The position numbers were made by a program, and so were the translations under genes. A model generated the notes under the pieces. It was not told the origin of the DNA. It saw nothing but the letters and a program-made list of their open reading frames with translations, and ran no database searches. Positions 1 to 10,817 of a stretch of DNA of 64,000 nt are shown here, piece after piece (the stretch's first letter is position 1; each line of letters starts with the position of its first letter). Location of the stretch: the NCBI GenBank assembly GCA_965240325.2, contig OZ251230.1, positions 1,178,001 through 1,242,000 on the forward strand, given 5' to 3'. The stretch is from Rebecca billardiae RCC1528 (taxonomy: Eukaryota; Protista; Haptophyta).

Positions 1-51
1 CGGTTCATCCATCGAGGCAAGCGGGTAACTGGCTTTAAATAGCGCTATTCA

Positions 52-1739
52 GACAGGTTGCACAGGAAACTGTCCTTGGTGTTACATTTCTGAGAGACGG
101 CGCCTCTGAAGGATGGCGCCCGCCCACTCGCCGCTCGTGGGTGGCGCGCGCCTCGCGTGTCGATGCAGCCCCGCATCATGACTAGCTGAATGCGCGTGTC
201 GTCAGGACTTGTCCGCGTGCGCTACATCCCTTGAGCTAGCACAGCCGGGACCCCCTCGCCGTCGGCAGTGACTGTCATCATCCCATCACACGTCGCGTGA
301 GACGGCAAACAGCCACGGCAGCATCACCCTCTCGTCCAGGATCATCAGGCAGCTGGAGACAGTCCTCCCTTCGACGCGTCTCGGAGCGAGCGCACACGCC
401 CAGCTCTATCTGCGTCACACCGCCCGCGCCATCCGTCTCGAGCCCAACGCCCGTCACCACGCGCAGTATGGCAAACCGTCATGATCGGACCGAGCTCGTC
501 GCCCGAGTGCAGCCTTCGCCCGCAATGCCGCGCGCGAGCATTCGAGTTCGACAATAAGTCGTCAGCGACTTGTGGGCCGGCGGGGAGATCCACGCGTGGC
601 ATAGATACCATGTAGGTCGTCAGCTCCTGCTCGGTGTACGCACGCGCTCTGCATCTGAACACTTGATAGAAGCTCTCGATCATCACCATCGAGCTGTCTA
701 CGTGAGCCTGTGCGACCGTCTGCGCAACACCTCGCGCCTCACCCTTGATGCTGAGCTCACGCGAGACAAAGAAGGCTATGTAGGGCTCAATGACATTCAT
801 ACAGTGAGAGCGTCCTTGCCGCAGCGAGCGACAGCTTCCTTCGCCCGCTTCTTAGCACTCGCCCTGCTGTTCTTGGGCGTGAGTGAGGCGTGGTGCCTCG
901 TCAGCCTGCTGAGCGGTTCTTGTCGATGCGTGTCACAGCGCGGAAGCAGGTGTGCGTTCGCGAGGCGTCGTGCGTGGATGCCGTTCTTCATGCTGACGAC
1001 ATAGATAGACTGCGTAGCGGCCGTCTCCTCATCCAAGAGCCTCGAGCATGCCACGACTCTGACACTTCAGCGCTCCGGCCGGCGCGCATGCACCATCAAG
1101 TGCAACCGAGCGGTTGAGAGGTAGCCGCCGCCAGCTTTTCGAACCTCACCAACACGCGCTGGATGAACATTGCAAAGTTGTCGCATACTATGAGTGTCGC
1201 GTGTCTCTTCCCGCGACTGTTGCTGCGCGACGTGATGTGCAAGACCAGTCGCGCGCGCGCTCCATCCAATACACGCACGGCTGATGAATGGACGTGGCCG
1301 AGCGCAAGCACGCACGCGCGAGTCGTAGGCTGCGAACGTCGTGTGCAGCCAGACTGCGACGTGCACGGCACGTATCCACCTTGCATTGCTACGTCTCTTC
1401 ACACCGGGCCTGGGACTCTTCCAGGCTGAGACGGCCTGCTCTGCTGCCCTCTGTGACTCAGATGCCGCGCGAACGTGCCGCGCGGCTGCGCGATGTCGCG
1501 ATTGGAGCTCAAGGGTGGTTGACTTTCGGTACATGCTACTCAAGCAGGAAGAGGCCGATCGAGGCGCGGAGTGGCGCGCTGCACCCGCAACAGCGGGCAT
1601 CGTGCAGCGCGCGAGAGCGCGCGCCGCTTCCGGGCGCACGGCGACGGCGCCATGTACCGAAAGACGGGTGGACAGGTCGCGTCCACTGGGAATGTAACAT
1701 CTGTCAGTCGCGGGCGGTCATTTTTCCGTGCAACCTGTC
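52..1739. mobile_element. Non-autonomous/decayed TIR DNA transposon (~1.69 kb) with 4-bp TTCA target-site duplication
   Basis: Left end GACAGGTTGCACAGGAAA (52-69) is the inverted copy of right end TTTCCGTGCAACCTGTC (1723-1739). An inner inverted motif is also present (TGTTACATT ~80-88 / AATGTAACA 1691-1699). TTCA flanks both ends (48-51, 1740-1743) and restores the host repeat unit GCGCTA-TTCA-AAAG. The interior has broken minus-strand ORFs. Confidence 0.75.
345..1386 (-). pseudogene. Decayed coding sequence inside the TIR element (family not identified)
   Basis: ORFs 797-1054 and 345-800 overlap by 4 bp in shifted frames and have protein-like composition. A further fragment lies at 1096-1386. 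No catalytic motif recognised. Confidence 0.3.
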
Positions 1740-1904
1740 TTCAAAAGAATCTCTTCAATATGATGAGGAGGTTCATCCAACGAGACAGGTGGGTAACTTG
1801 GTTTAAAAGCGCTATTCAAAAGAATCTCTTTCAATACCATGAGGCGGTTCATCCATCGAGACAGGCGGGTAACTTCTTTTCGCAAGCGCTATTCAAAAGA
1901 ATCT
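1740..1904. repeat. ~75-77-bp degenerate tandem repeat (continues at 1-51 on the other side of the TIR element)
   Basis: Units start TTCAAAAGAATCT at 1740, 1815 and 1892 (partial). Positions 1-50 match the second half of the unit (CGGTTCATCCATCGAG..GCGGGTAACT..AGCGCTATTC). Confidence 0.8.
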
Positions 1905-2110
1905 GGCCTCATAGCTGTTTTCGACCCAAAACAATCAAACGTCGCTCGGCAAACTCGTACTCCAGCATACAAGAAGGACAAAAATACTCACTTGCTTCAC
2001 CCCCGGGGTATCTGATCCCACGTCCGTCCATCGACTTATGCGGAATGGCATGGGCGCGCTTATTTCGTCAAGCGCGTAGTTGCTAATGCAGAGCACTATG
2101 GGCCAACGTA

Positions 2111-2637
2111 TGGGGGGGGCTGGGTTAGTTTTGGGGTGGGGTTAGTTTTGGGGTGCCACTGGCCGCCGCACTGGGGTGGCCGCGCGAACTGGGAGAGCAT
2201 GGCCGCTCCAGCGGCTCGCCATGTCCCACAAGGCGACGCTGGGCAACGGCTCTGCCCGTCTCGGTGGCATCGCGAGTGCTTCGGCGCGTCGCTTCCGCCT
2301 CATCAGGAGTGATTGCGGGGGGATCCCCAGCCTGGGCAGCACGAGAAGGCGGCTCGCTTCGCCAGCAATGCTGCCCACGAGCTCGCGCCGCGCGTGCGCA
2401 CGCGCCTCCCGGGTTAGTTTTGGGGTGGGCTCGTTTGGGGTCATTTTCAAACGCGCCTGGCGCGAGCATGTGCGGCCGCGGCGACCCGGCCCCAGCGGGT
2501 GCCTTACCGACACGGGCGTCCTCCGGCTTGTCCTCGACGGCGAGGGCGAGGGGTGCCCATCTTGCGTCCGTCCAAGCCTCTCCGCGAGGGGTGGTTTTGG
2601 CAGTTGAGGGCACCCCAAAACTAACCCAGCCCCCCCA
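2111..2637. mobile_element. MITE, Tc1/mariner-type (TA TSD, ~28-bp TIR)
   Basis: TGGGGGGGGCTGGGTTAGTTTTGGGGTG at 2111 pairs with CACCCCAAAACTAACCCAGCCCCCCCA ending at 2637. TA lies immediately outside both ends (2109-2110, 2638-2639). Extra copies of GGGTTAGTTTTGGGGTG occur at ~2139 and 2411. Confidence 0.75.
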
Positions 2638-2899
2638 TACCCCTCGAAAAATCGAAAACTCACCCTCCAACAGCCCTCAAAATCGTCCCCCATCCCCTTT
2701 TCTTTGATCAAAAGATCTTTTTGACAACGTAGTGAGGGCCCCCGGCGGGGCTCCACGCTACGCGCTCCGCCCTGCACCGCGGGCCATGAACGAATATCGT
2801 CGCATCATACGGAACAAACGTACAAAACTTGGTCGCCAGTCCGCCGGGACCAACCGGACCCAGAGCCGGCACTCGCCGCCGCGAGTCGGCGCGCGCCGC

Positions 2900-4011
2900 G
2901 CCGCGCTTTGTTAGCAGAGCATTCGAGATCGCGGCGGGGGCGGAGGGCAACAACCTGCCCGCGGGCGCGTTCGCCGCTCGAGGAGGAGCGCGCAAGGGCG
3001 AGCCGAGTCCGGAGCACTCGCGCGAGCTCGTCGCTTGATGAGGACGGGAGCGCGCCGCGAGCACGCAGCGGCAGATGAGCCGGATGCGCCCGGAGCTAGC
3101 GCGGCTGAAGGGCGAGCTCGAGCACGCGAGCTCGCTCCTCCGTCCTCGACGCCGAGCGCGAGCTCCTCCTCAACTCGGTCGACGGCGGCGCGGAGGTGCA
3201 GCAGCCTGAGGACGAGCAGGAGCAGTGGAAGGCCCGCCGGTTCCGGGTCGCACAGCGGCGCCCAGCTGCACGCGAGCGCGGCCACGTCGTGGCGCGCGAG
3301 GAGCTGCGCGGAGAATGCGCCGCGCGCATCGACGCGGCGATCACCGGGCTGCAGGCCTCGGTCATCGACGCGTTGCGCACCCTCGCCGCCAGCTGCGACG
3401 AGTCCGCCGTCGAGCTGCAGCAGCTGCGCGCGCAGTGATTGATGGGCGGCGTCACACCGAGGCCGTGCATGACGGCACGTGCGCGCGGAGGCGCTGCGCG
3501 GAGGCGCTGTGGGCGCCGAGCTGGCGAAGCGCGGCGCCGAGCTCGACGCGCTGCGCGACGCGGCGACGGACGCGCTGGGCGCGCGAGACGCCCTCGTCGC
3601 GACGCCCCGTGCAGCAGCTCGAGCAGCCAGCTGTGGAGTTGACGGCCGTCGAGGCGACCGCGCCGGGTGCCAGCGGCCAGCACGCAAGGGCTCAGCCGCT
3701 GCCGCTGGCTGGCCGCCGCCGTGGCATCGAGGCCGACGCGGCGGAGGAGGCGGCGGGCGAGCACGGCGGCGCTGTGGAGCAGGCACGCACGCGCGGCGGC
3801 AGGCGCGACGCGCCGTTCGCCTCGTTCCACCCCGAGCTCCGCTCGGTCTCGCCTCTCGATCGGTGCGGCCGTGCGCAGCGCATTGTCGGGCCGGGGCAGC
3901 AATGGCGCGCGCTCTCCGGCTCTGCCGGCACGAGTGAGTGACAAGGCGCGCCGGCTGAGCGACCAGCGGCCCGTCGTCGAGCGCATGGCGCAGCGCGAGC
4001 ACCTCAAGCAG
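2900..4011 (+). pseudogene. Frameshifted coiled-coil protein gene remnant
   Basis: E/Q/L/A-rich heptad-like segments occur in shifting frames (ELRGECAARIDAAITGLQ; AELAKRGAELDALRD; ERMAQREHLKQ). A typical donor follows (CAG|GTGCGC at ~4011). There is no continuous ORF. Confidence 0.3.
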
Positions 4012-4239
4012 GTGCGCCCGCACGCCCGCACGCGCCGGCCCGCGCCGCGCGGCGCCTCTCGCCCTGCGCGCGCGCACCGGCCTCGGCGGCCGCTTCGGCC
4101 CCGCGCGGCCCGCGGCGACAGTCCTCGGCCCGCCATGTCTGTGAGACTGAGACAGCAGCCGACGCCGGAGTTTGCACCGCGGGCCCCTAACTACGTTATT
4201 GGTTCTACGCGGAAGGACCGCGGAACGCGGTCATATATT

Positions 4240-4647
4240 TGTCGGGCTATCCGGACTCGCCGGATACCCGTGTGGCACCGAGCGCGAGTAGCTGCTCGAC
4301 CGCTGCTTAAGCGCGAGGTGAGTAATCACTACAAGCTGGTGATTACACCTTTCGTCAAGGATACGTTTCATTCCTTCCACTCCAATAGTCGCTCATTAAC
4401 TACTACCGTATGCGATGCTCTACCCGCTTACCGGGGCGACGCAGATACATACGGAGATCGTGGCTTCCACACGCCACGTTGCCGATGTTAAACCGTTTTG
4501 AGGAAGCTGCCTGATCGGTGCTGAGCCAGACCAGCCAGCCGGAGGCGAGGTTCGGGGCTCATCCTCTGGTTGCCCCCCAGTCGGCCAGGGCCCATTGCTG
4601 TAGGCAGAAGCCACACGCCTTCGTTTCGAGAGCCCTAATGTCTCAGA
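4240..4647 (+). repeat. 5' LTR (408 bp)
   Basis: TGTCGGGCTATCC...CCCTAATGTCTCAGA, repeated at 10818-11229. Confidence 0.95.
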
Positions 4648-4676
4648 TGGTATCGGCGCGCTCGAACGCCTACGGC

Positions 4677-7600
4677 ATGGCCACTGGAGGGCACCTGAAG
4701 GATCCCAAGACGTCGAAGCCTCTCACGACTCACAGCGATTTGACTGCCGCGCGCGTGCGCACCGAGATCAACCACGCGATCTCATGCGTTGCATCAGACG
4801 CGCGCGCGCTCAAGGCCCTCCTCAAGCTCGAGGGGGCCTCGGTCGAGGTGATGATGTTTGAGGACCCCAAGAACCCACTCTCGCGTTCGCTCACCCGGGA
4901 GGAGTCCCTCGAGCGCATCGCCCAGCTCCAGGTGGAGCACGATTTGATGACGGAGTCCATTTTTGGCACGCCGGCGCGGACGCGCGCGCGGCGTGGCCTG
5001 GACTTCGAGCCGGCGTCCGCCATCGGCACGCCCAAGATGTACGCCTCGGAACCGATCACTCCGCGCGCGTACTCCCCGCTCGTCGCCACCTCCGGCTCGG
5101 ACGACTCGGAGGAGGAGCATGACGATGACGCGTCCGCGCGTCCACCCGCACCGCGCGCCGCGCGGCTCAGCAGCGCCCCTTCCACCAGCCCCTCTGTCGC
5201 AGGCGATGTGGAGGACGAGCTCCAGCAGCTCGAGTTGCGCGTCAAGGCGGTATCGATCCGCCTCAAGGCACATCATCAGTTCGTCTACCTCAACATCTCG
5301 GCCATTCTCATGAAGACGCTCCTCACGGACTCGATGTCGAGCGGCTTGGCCGACGCGATCCACGCAAGTCTCCCGCACCGCCCGACGTTCGCGGACGTGC
5401 ACCACTACCTCGTCGTCAACTCTCGGCGCTCGCCATTGACGACTGGGCGGCTCAAGCTGACCGAGCTCCTCTCGCTGAAGCCGCTCACCTCTCATGCCAA
5501 CGTCGACAACTGGATCGCCACCTACGAGCAGACGCTCAGCGAGTTCAACCAGCTGGAGCTGGCGCCAAGCACTTTCAAGCTCATTCTCGCCCTCCATCTC
5601 ACGCAGCAGCGCTACCCGCAGCTCGTTGCGCTCACCGAGGCTGGCTCGATCGAGTCGGAGTCATTCGAGAAGTACGTGACCTCGATCGAGTCGGCGGCCG
5701 CCTCTGCGAACCTCGCCAGGCCGGCCGGCGCGGCGATGGCGGCGCGCGCGCCCGCGCGCGCGCCCCACCGGCACGGCAACGCGCTGCCACCGCGCGGCGC
5801 GCCGCGCACTCCTCACCGCGGCGGCGGCGATCGCCCCAGCGCTCCGGCGGGCCCGTGCCACATCTGCGGCGAGCATGGCCATTGGCGCGACCAGTGCCCG
5901 CAGGGCGAGCGCCCCGAGCGCCCTCGCCCCCGCCAGCGCTCGGGCAAGGCGATCCACAAGGAGCCGCGCACAGACGAGAAGGCCGTGACCTTCGACCTCA
6001 AGGCCAAGTCGACGCGCGGCGCGCCCAACTCGGCAAACGGCGCGCGCATGGCCATCGTCTCGGAGGAGGAGCCCGACTTCACCACGGCGGAGACCAGCCC
6101 GCCCGGCGTGTACTACGCCAACTCCGGCGCCAACCCGCTCTCCGAGGCGGACATCATCTGCTCGGAGATCACGCCGCGGCCGACCGCGCTGATGCCGGAG
6201 CCCTACGTGGCCAAGGGCCCGCGCCCGGAGTACTACTGCCAGCGCGAGGGCTGCCACGGCGCCGGCAACTACATGTGCGGCGGGTGCAACGCGGCCGTGT
6301 ACTGCTCCTTTGCCTGCCGCGACGCCGACCACTTCGGCAACCACGGCCTCATGTGCGACTTCTTCCGCCTCAGCCGCGGCATCGCCATCGAGGACGGCAA
6401 GAGCATTTTGCCGGGCGACGACCGCACCGAGTCCGAGATCCGCGCCGCGGTCAAGCTGCACGCGAAGTTCCTCGACGGCTCGCACCCGATGATCGAGACG
6501 ATCGGCACCGTCGCGTCCGCGCACGAGCAGCTGGCCTTCGTGCACTCCGAGATGCACCGCACCGTCAAGGCGAACAAGAAGTCGTACCTCCTGCGCGCGC
6601 CCATCCCGCCGCTTCATGTTCTCGTCCATTTGGCCGACGCCAAGGGCAAGGTCGCGACCGAGACGGCCGGCGGCGCGTCCAACCTGAAGGGCTCCGAGAC
6701 GACCATCAAGTCCTCGGAGTACGGCGGCACGCCGCCCGGCGCCGTGGCTTCAGTGGCAACCGCGCACGCCACGACGGCCTCACGCGCCGAGGCGAAGGAC
6801 CCGACCTCGGACCTTGACCTCCACTTCTTCCTCGATTCGGGCGCCTCGGACGTCATGATCGGCGACTCGTCGCTCATGTTCAACCTGCGCTACTTCCCGG
6901 AGGACAAGCCCCCCTCAGTCAAGGTGGCCGACGGCGAGTACATGTTCGCCATCGCTCGCGGCACCATCAAGGCCTACATGCTCGACGACCGCGGCAAGCC
7001 GTTCGACGCCAACCTTCACGATGTGCTCCTCGTACCGGCACTCAGCGATCCACTCCTGAGTGTGCACGCTCTCGCTCGCGCCGGCGTCCCCATCAGCTTT
7101 GTCGACGACGTCGGCTGCATCCACTTCAACGAGGACTACAAGCTCACCGTCGATTTCCCGTACCGCGTGCCGTGGCGCGCCCAGCCCCATCGGCTCAACC
7201 TCCTCGCCCTCTCGGTCTCTCGGCCTCCATCGTCCTTATCAACTTTGTGCTCACTTTCTGGGCCGGAAGCTTCTGCCATCTCACTTTCTGATTCCTCATC
7301 TCGCTCTGATGGCGGCACCAGACTGTCGCACTCCATCATCAAGGAGGCCAACCACCGCTCGGGGGGCGCCAATACCCTCGCCGATGAGGCGGCGACGCGC
7401 TCCGGCGACGACGGCGTCGGCGACGGCGACGCTCGCGCTGCTGCTTTAAGCGGCCAGACCGACGCCGCGGACTCGCCGCCCGGCGCCCTCGACGACTCCA
7501 ACCTCAACTCGGACGGCGCGCGAGCCGATCCCGACCGCGAGCGCGGCGCCGACTCGCGCGACGGCGGCAAGCTGACGGACGCGTGGCGCGACACCTGGCA

Positions 7601-10600
7601 TCGCCGCTTCGGACACGCCAACATGGAGGCGATCTTGCGCACGAAGCACGCCGCCACCGGCATGGGCGCCTCGAAGCCCGACGCGATCGACTGCGACATC
7701 TGTGCGGTCTCCAAGATCAAGTTGCTCCCATTCCCGGGCAAGATGGCGCGCGCGACGCGGCGGCTCGAGATCGTGCACGTCGACTTCTTCGGCCCGTACC
7801 GCAAGGGCGTGCCGCACACGGCCGACGGCACGCCGCTCGCGGACATCTACGCGCTCAGCTTCATCGACGACCACTCGGACTACACGCGCATCTACACGTG
7901 CCGCACGCGCGACCTCGCGCCTCAGCTGCTCCGGCAGTACATCCGCGATGTTGGGGCGATGACGTTGCTCTCGATCTCGCTCGGCACCTCGATGGCGGAC
8001 GGGCATTTCCACCCGGACGGAGCCGGCGAGCTCAACTCCCAGGAGTGGCAGGACGTGCTCGACGAGTTCGGCATCCTCATCAACGTCACCTCGGCGCCGC
8101 ACACGCCGCAGCAGAACCCGATCGCCGAGCGCAAGTGGGGCACGCTCGTTGCGGACGCGCGCGCGATGCTCCTGCAGTCGGGCGTCGCGCACAAGTACTG
8201 GCCGGAGGCGATGCTCGTGGCGGCGTACCACCGCAACCACCTCGCCAAGCGCGACGGCAAGACGCCCATCGAGAAGTTCTACGGCTACAAGCCCGACATC
8301 GCGCACCTCCGCCCTTTTGGCTGCAAGGCGATCGTGTACGACCACTCCGCGGTCGGCCCCGGCGGCTACAAGCTCAAGTCGCGCGGAATCATCGGCTGGC
8401 ACGCGGGCTACGCGCGCGACGGCGTCCAGATCGGCAACACGACGCGGAAGATCTTCGGCTACAAGATCTACATCCCCTCCTCCAAGAAGATCGTGATCTC
8501 TCGGCACGTTCTCTTTGATGAGCTCTCGTTCGCGGGCGCTCCGGCGGCGCGACCGACGTGCAGCAAGCAGCACTCGGCCGAGGAGGAGGAGGAGGAGCGC
8601 CAGGCCAACGAGGTGCTTGAGAACGACGAGGACCGCGACGACATCGTGCACCACGACCGCCCCCCACTCGGAGCCGACCGCGTGCTGCGATCGCGCGGCG
8701 CTGCTCTCGACGGCGCTGCCGCCGCGGCCATCCCGCTCCCCAAGGACCTGATGCCCGGACTCGAGCCCATCGATTACTACAACAATGGCGGCGCCGACTC
8801 GCTGGACGACGCGCTGGGCGCGACCGCCAGCCCCTCCATCCATCCACCGCTCGGCGACGAGGCCAACGCCGACGACATCATCGTGCCGAACGACGACGAC
8901 GCGTACGGCACCGCTCAGCCCGCTGACACCGAGGAGGAGCTCCCGGCACCGCGCCGCTCAGCGCGCGTGCGCGCGCGCCGCGACGCAGCTGCCGTGGCCG
9001 ACAAGACGATGCACTACCAGGCGCTACGGGCCATCATCGACGCGCACGCGCCGATCGGCCCGGAGCCCACGTCGTACAAGACGGCCATGGAGTCGCCCGA
9101 GGCGTCCGAGTGGTGCGAGGCCATCGACGACGAGCTCGACTCGCACAAGGTGAACGGCACCTACAAGGAGGCGGCGCTGCCGCCCGGCCGCATGGCGGTC
9201 GGCTCGAAGTACGTGTTCAAGAACAAGCTGAACGCCGACGCCTCGCTCGCGCGGCGCAAGGCGCGGCTCGTCGCCCAGGGCTTCCGCCAGCAGAAGGGCA
9301 TCGACTACGACGAGACCTTCTCGCCCACCGTCAACCACACGACGGTGCGCACGCTCATCGCGCTGTCGGCGGCTCACAACTACTCCACGACCATGTGCGA
9401 CTTCCACACGGCCTACCTCAACGCGCCGCTCGAGGAGGGCGTGGACGTGTACATGCAGGCGCCGCCGGGCTACGTCTTCGAGAAGACGTTCAAGCCGCAC
9501 GAGAAGCCGGTGCTGCATCTCATCAAGTCCATCTACGGCTTGAAGCAGTCGGGCAGGAACTGGTACCTGCTGCTCGACATGAAGCTGAAGAAGATGGGCT
9601 TCAACCAGTCGCACGTCGACCCGTGCCTGTACTACAGATTCACCGCCGGCGGCATCATCATCATCGCCGTCTACGTTGACGACCTGCTGGTCGTGAACGG
9701 CTCGACCAAGCCGAACGAGGTCGGTGAGATCCTCAAGTCACTCGCCGACACGTTCAAGATGCGCGAGCTCGGACGCGTCAGCTACTTCCTCGGCCTAGAG
9801 GTCACGTACAAGGAGGAGGGCATGCTGCTCGCGATGCCGAAGTACATCAAGGAGGTCATCTCGCGCTACGACTTCACCGGCTGCCGCAAGGCGGACGTGC
9901 CGGCTGAGCCGCGGCTGTACTTTGGCGCGCCGACGGACGACGACGAGCCCGCGGACCAGTCTGTCTACCGCTCGATCGTCGGCTCGCTCATCTACGCCTC
10001 GATCACCTGCCGCCCGGACATCTCGTACGCGGTGAGCACGCTCTCTCGCTTCGTGCAGAACCCGCGCGAGCCGCACATGCGCGCCGCAAAGCGCGTGCTG
10101 CGCTACCTCTCGCACACGCCGGACGCCGGCATCCTCTACCGATACGACAACACCGGCGGTCTCAAGGCTTACTCGGACTCGGACTGGGGCAACATCCCGG
10201 ACTCGCGCCGCTCGATCACGGGCAACGTGCTGTTCTACGGCTCGGGCGCGGTCCACTGGAACTCGTACATCCAGACGACCACCGCCCTCTCCTCCTGCGA
10301 GGCCGAGTACATGGCGCTGTCGGACACGGGCAAGTCCGTCGCGTACATGCGCAACATGCTGTCCGAGCTCAAGCTGATCGACACCAAGATCCCGACCAAG
10401 ATCCTCGCGGACAACACCGGCGCGATCAACCTCGCCGTGAACCCGTCCGTGCGCAAGCGCACCAAGCACATCGAGATCCGCTACCACCGCATCCGCGACT
10501 GGGTGGCGGCCGGCGAGATTGACGTGACCTTCGTGAGCTCCCAGGACAACGTGGCCGACGTTCTCACGAAGGGCCTCACTCGCGACAAGTTCAAGCGCTT

Positions 10601-10649
10601 GGTGGACCACCTCTGTGGTGCCACCACGACGCTCACCCGGCTCAAGTAG
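4677..10649 (+). CDS. Copia Gag-Pol polyprotein (Gag CCHC knuckle, zf-MYND, aspartic protease, integrase, RT, RNase H)
   Basis: Motifs: CHICGEHGHWRDQC knuckle; FFLDSGAS protease; WHRRFGH..CDIC (IN HHCC); VHVDFFGP..DGAGE..ERKWGTL (DDE); YVDD (RT); YSDSDWG..EAEY..DNTGAI..ADVLTKGL (RNase H). The first ATG wholly downstream of the PBS is at 4677. The frame is open from 4518. Confidence 0.95.
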   Translation: MATGGHLKDPKTSKPLTTHSDLTAARVRTEINHAISCVASDARALKALLKLEGASVEVMMFEDPKNPLSRSLTREESLERIAQLQVEHDLMTESIFGTPARTRARRGLDFEPASAIGTPKMYASEPITPRAYSPLVATSGSDDSEEEHDDDASARPPAPRAARLSSAPSTSPSVAGDVEDELQQLELRVKAVSIRLKAHHQFVYLNISAILMKTLLTDSMSSGLADAIHASLPHRPTFADVHHYLVVNSRRSPLTTGRLKLTELLSLKPLTSHANVDNWIATYEQTLSEFNQLELAPSTFKLILALHLTQQRYPQLVALTEAGSIESESFEKYVTSIESAAASANLARPAGAAMAARAPARAPHRHGNALPPRGAPRTPHRGGGDRPSAPAGPCHICGEHGHWRDQCPQGERPERPRPRQRSGKAIHKEPRTDEKAVTFDLKAKSTRGAPNSANGARMAIVSEEEPDFTTAETSPPGVYYANSGANPLSEADIICSEITPRPTALMPEPYVAKGPRPEYYCQREGCHGAGNYMCGGCNAAVYCSFACRDADHFGNHGLMCDFFRLSRGIAIEDGKSILPGDDRTESEIRAAVKLHAKFLDGSHPMIETIGTVASAHEQLAFVHSEMHRTVKANKKSYLLRAPIPPLHVLVHLADAKGKVATETAGGASNLKGSETTIKSSEYGGTPPGAVASVATAHATTASRAEAKDPTSDLDLHFFLDSGASDVMIGDSSLMFNLRYFPEDKPPSVKVADGEYMFAIARGTIKAYMLDDRGKPFDANLHDVLLVPALSDPLLSVHALARAGVPISFVDDVGCIHFNEDYKLTVDFPYRVPWRAQPHRLNLLALSVSRPPSSLSTLCSLSGPEASAISLSDSSSRSDGGTRLSHSIIKEANHRSGGANTLADEAATRSGDDGVGDGDARAAALSGQTDAADSPPGALDDSNLNSDGARADPDRERGADSRDGGKLTDAWRDTWHRRFGHANMEAILRTKHAATGMGASKPDAIDCDICAVSKIKLLPFPGKMARATRRLEIVHVDFFGPYRKGVPHTADGTPLADIYALSFIDDHSDYTRIYTCRTRDLAPQLLRQYIRDVGAMTLLSISLGTSMADGHFHPDGAGELNSQEWQDVLDEFGILINVTSAPHTPQQNPIAERKWGTLVADARAMLLQSGVAHKYWPEAMLVAAYHRNHLAKRDGKTPIEKFYGYKPDIAHLRPFGCKAIVYDHSAVGPGGYKLKSRGIIGWHAGYARDGVQIGNTTRKIFGYKIYIPSSKKIVISRHVLFDELSFAGAPAARPTCSKQHSAEEEEEERQANEVLENDEDRDDIVHHDRPPLGADRVLRSRGAALDGAAAAAIPLPKDLMPGLEPIDYYNNGGADSLDDALGATASPSIHPPLGDEANADDIIVPNDDDAYGTAQPADTEEELPAPRRSARVRARRDAAAVADKTMHYQALRAIIDAHAPIGPEPTSYKTAMESPEASEWCEAIDDELDSHKVNGTYKEAALPPGRMAVGSKYVFKNKLNADASLARRKARLVAQGFRQQKGIDYDETFSPTVNHTTVRTLIALSAAHNYSTTMCDFHTAYLNAPLEEGVDVYMQAPPGYVFEKTFKPHEKPVLHLIKSIYGLKQSGRNWYLLLDMKLKKMGFNQSHVDPCLYYRFTAGGIIIIAVYVDDLLVVNGSTKPNEVGEILKSLADTFKMRELGRVSYFLGLEVTYKEEGMLLAMPKYIKEVISRYDFTGCRKADVPAEPRLYFGAPTDDDEPADQSVYRSIVGSLIYASITCRPDISYAVSTLSRFVQNPREPHMRAAKRVLRYLSHTPDAGILYRYDNTGGLKAYSDSDWGNIPDSRRSITGNVLFYGSGAVHWNSYIQTTTALSSCEAEYMALSDTGKSVAYMRNMLSELKLIDTKIPTKILADNTGAINLAVNPSVRKRTKHIEIRYHRIRDWVAAGEIDVTFVSSQDNVADVLTKGLTRDKFKRLVDHLCGATTTLTRLK

Positions 10650-10817
10650 GTGAGTGTCATCCGAAGACGAAGATCGTCCGCGTGCATCGCTCGCCCGCTG
10701 ATCGCGGGCACGCACACGAGCTGCACGCACACGCGCGCACGCGCGCACACGCGCGCGCGCGCGCACCGCACACACGCACACGCTTACTCGCACCTCACCG
10801 CACTCGGTGAGGAGGAG

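Noticed and set aside
2111-2160. Telomere-like GGGTTAG motifs
   Set aside because: Not tandem TTAGGG. They are the TIR/subterminal motifs of a MITE.
4518-4676. ORF-track start of the Copia polyprotein
   Set aside because: Begins at a non-ATG codon inside the LTR and runs through the PBS. ATG 4677 is more plausible.
10700-10800. (CA/CG)n-like purine-pyrimidine tract
   Set aside because: Low-complexity 3' UTR of the Copia element, with similar composition to host introns. No evidence of a separate function.
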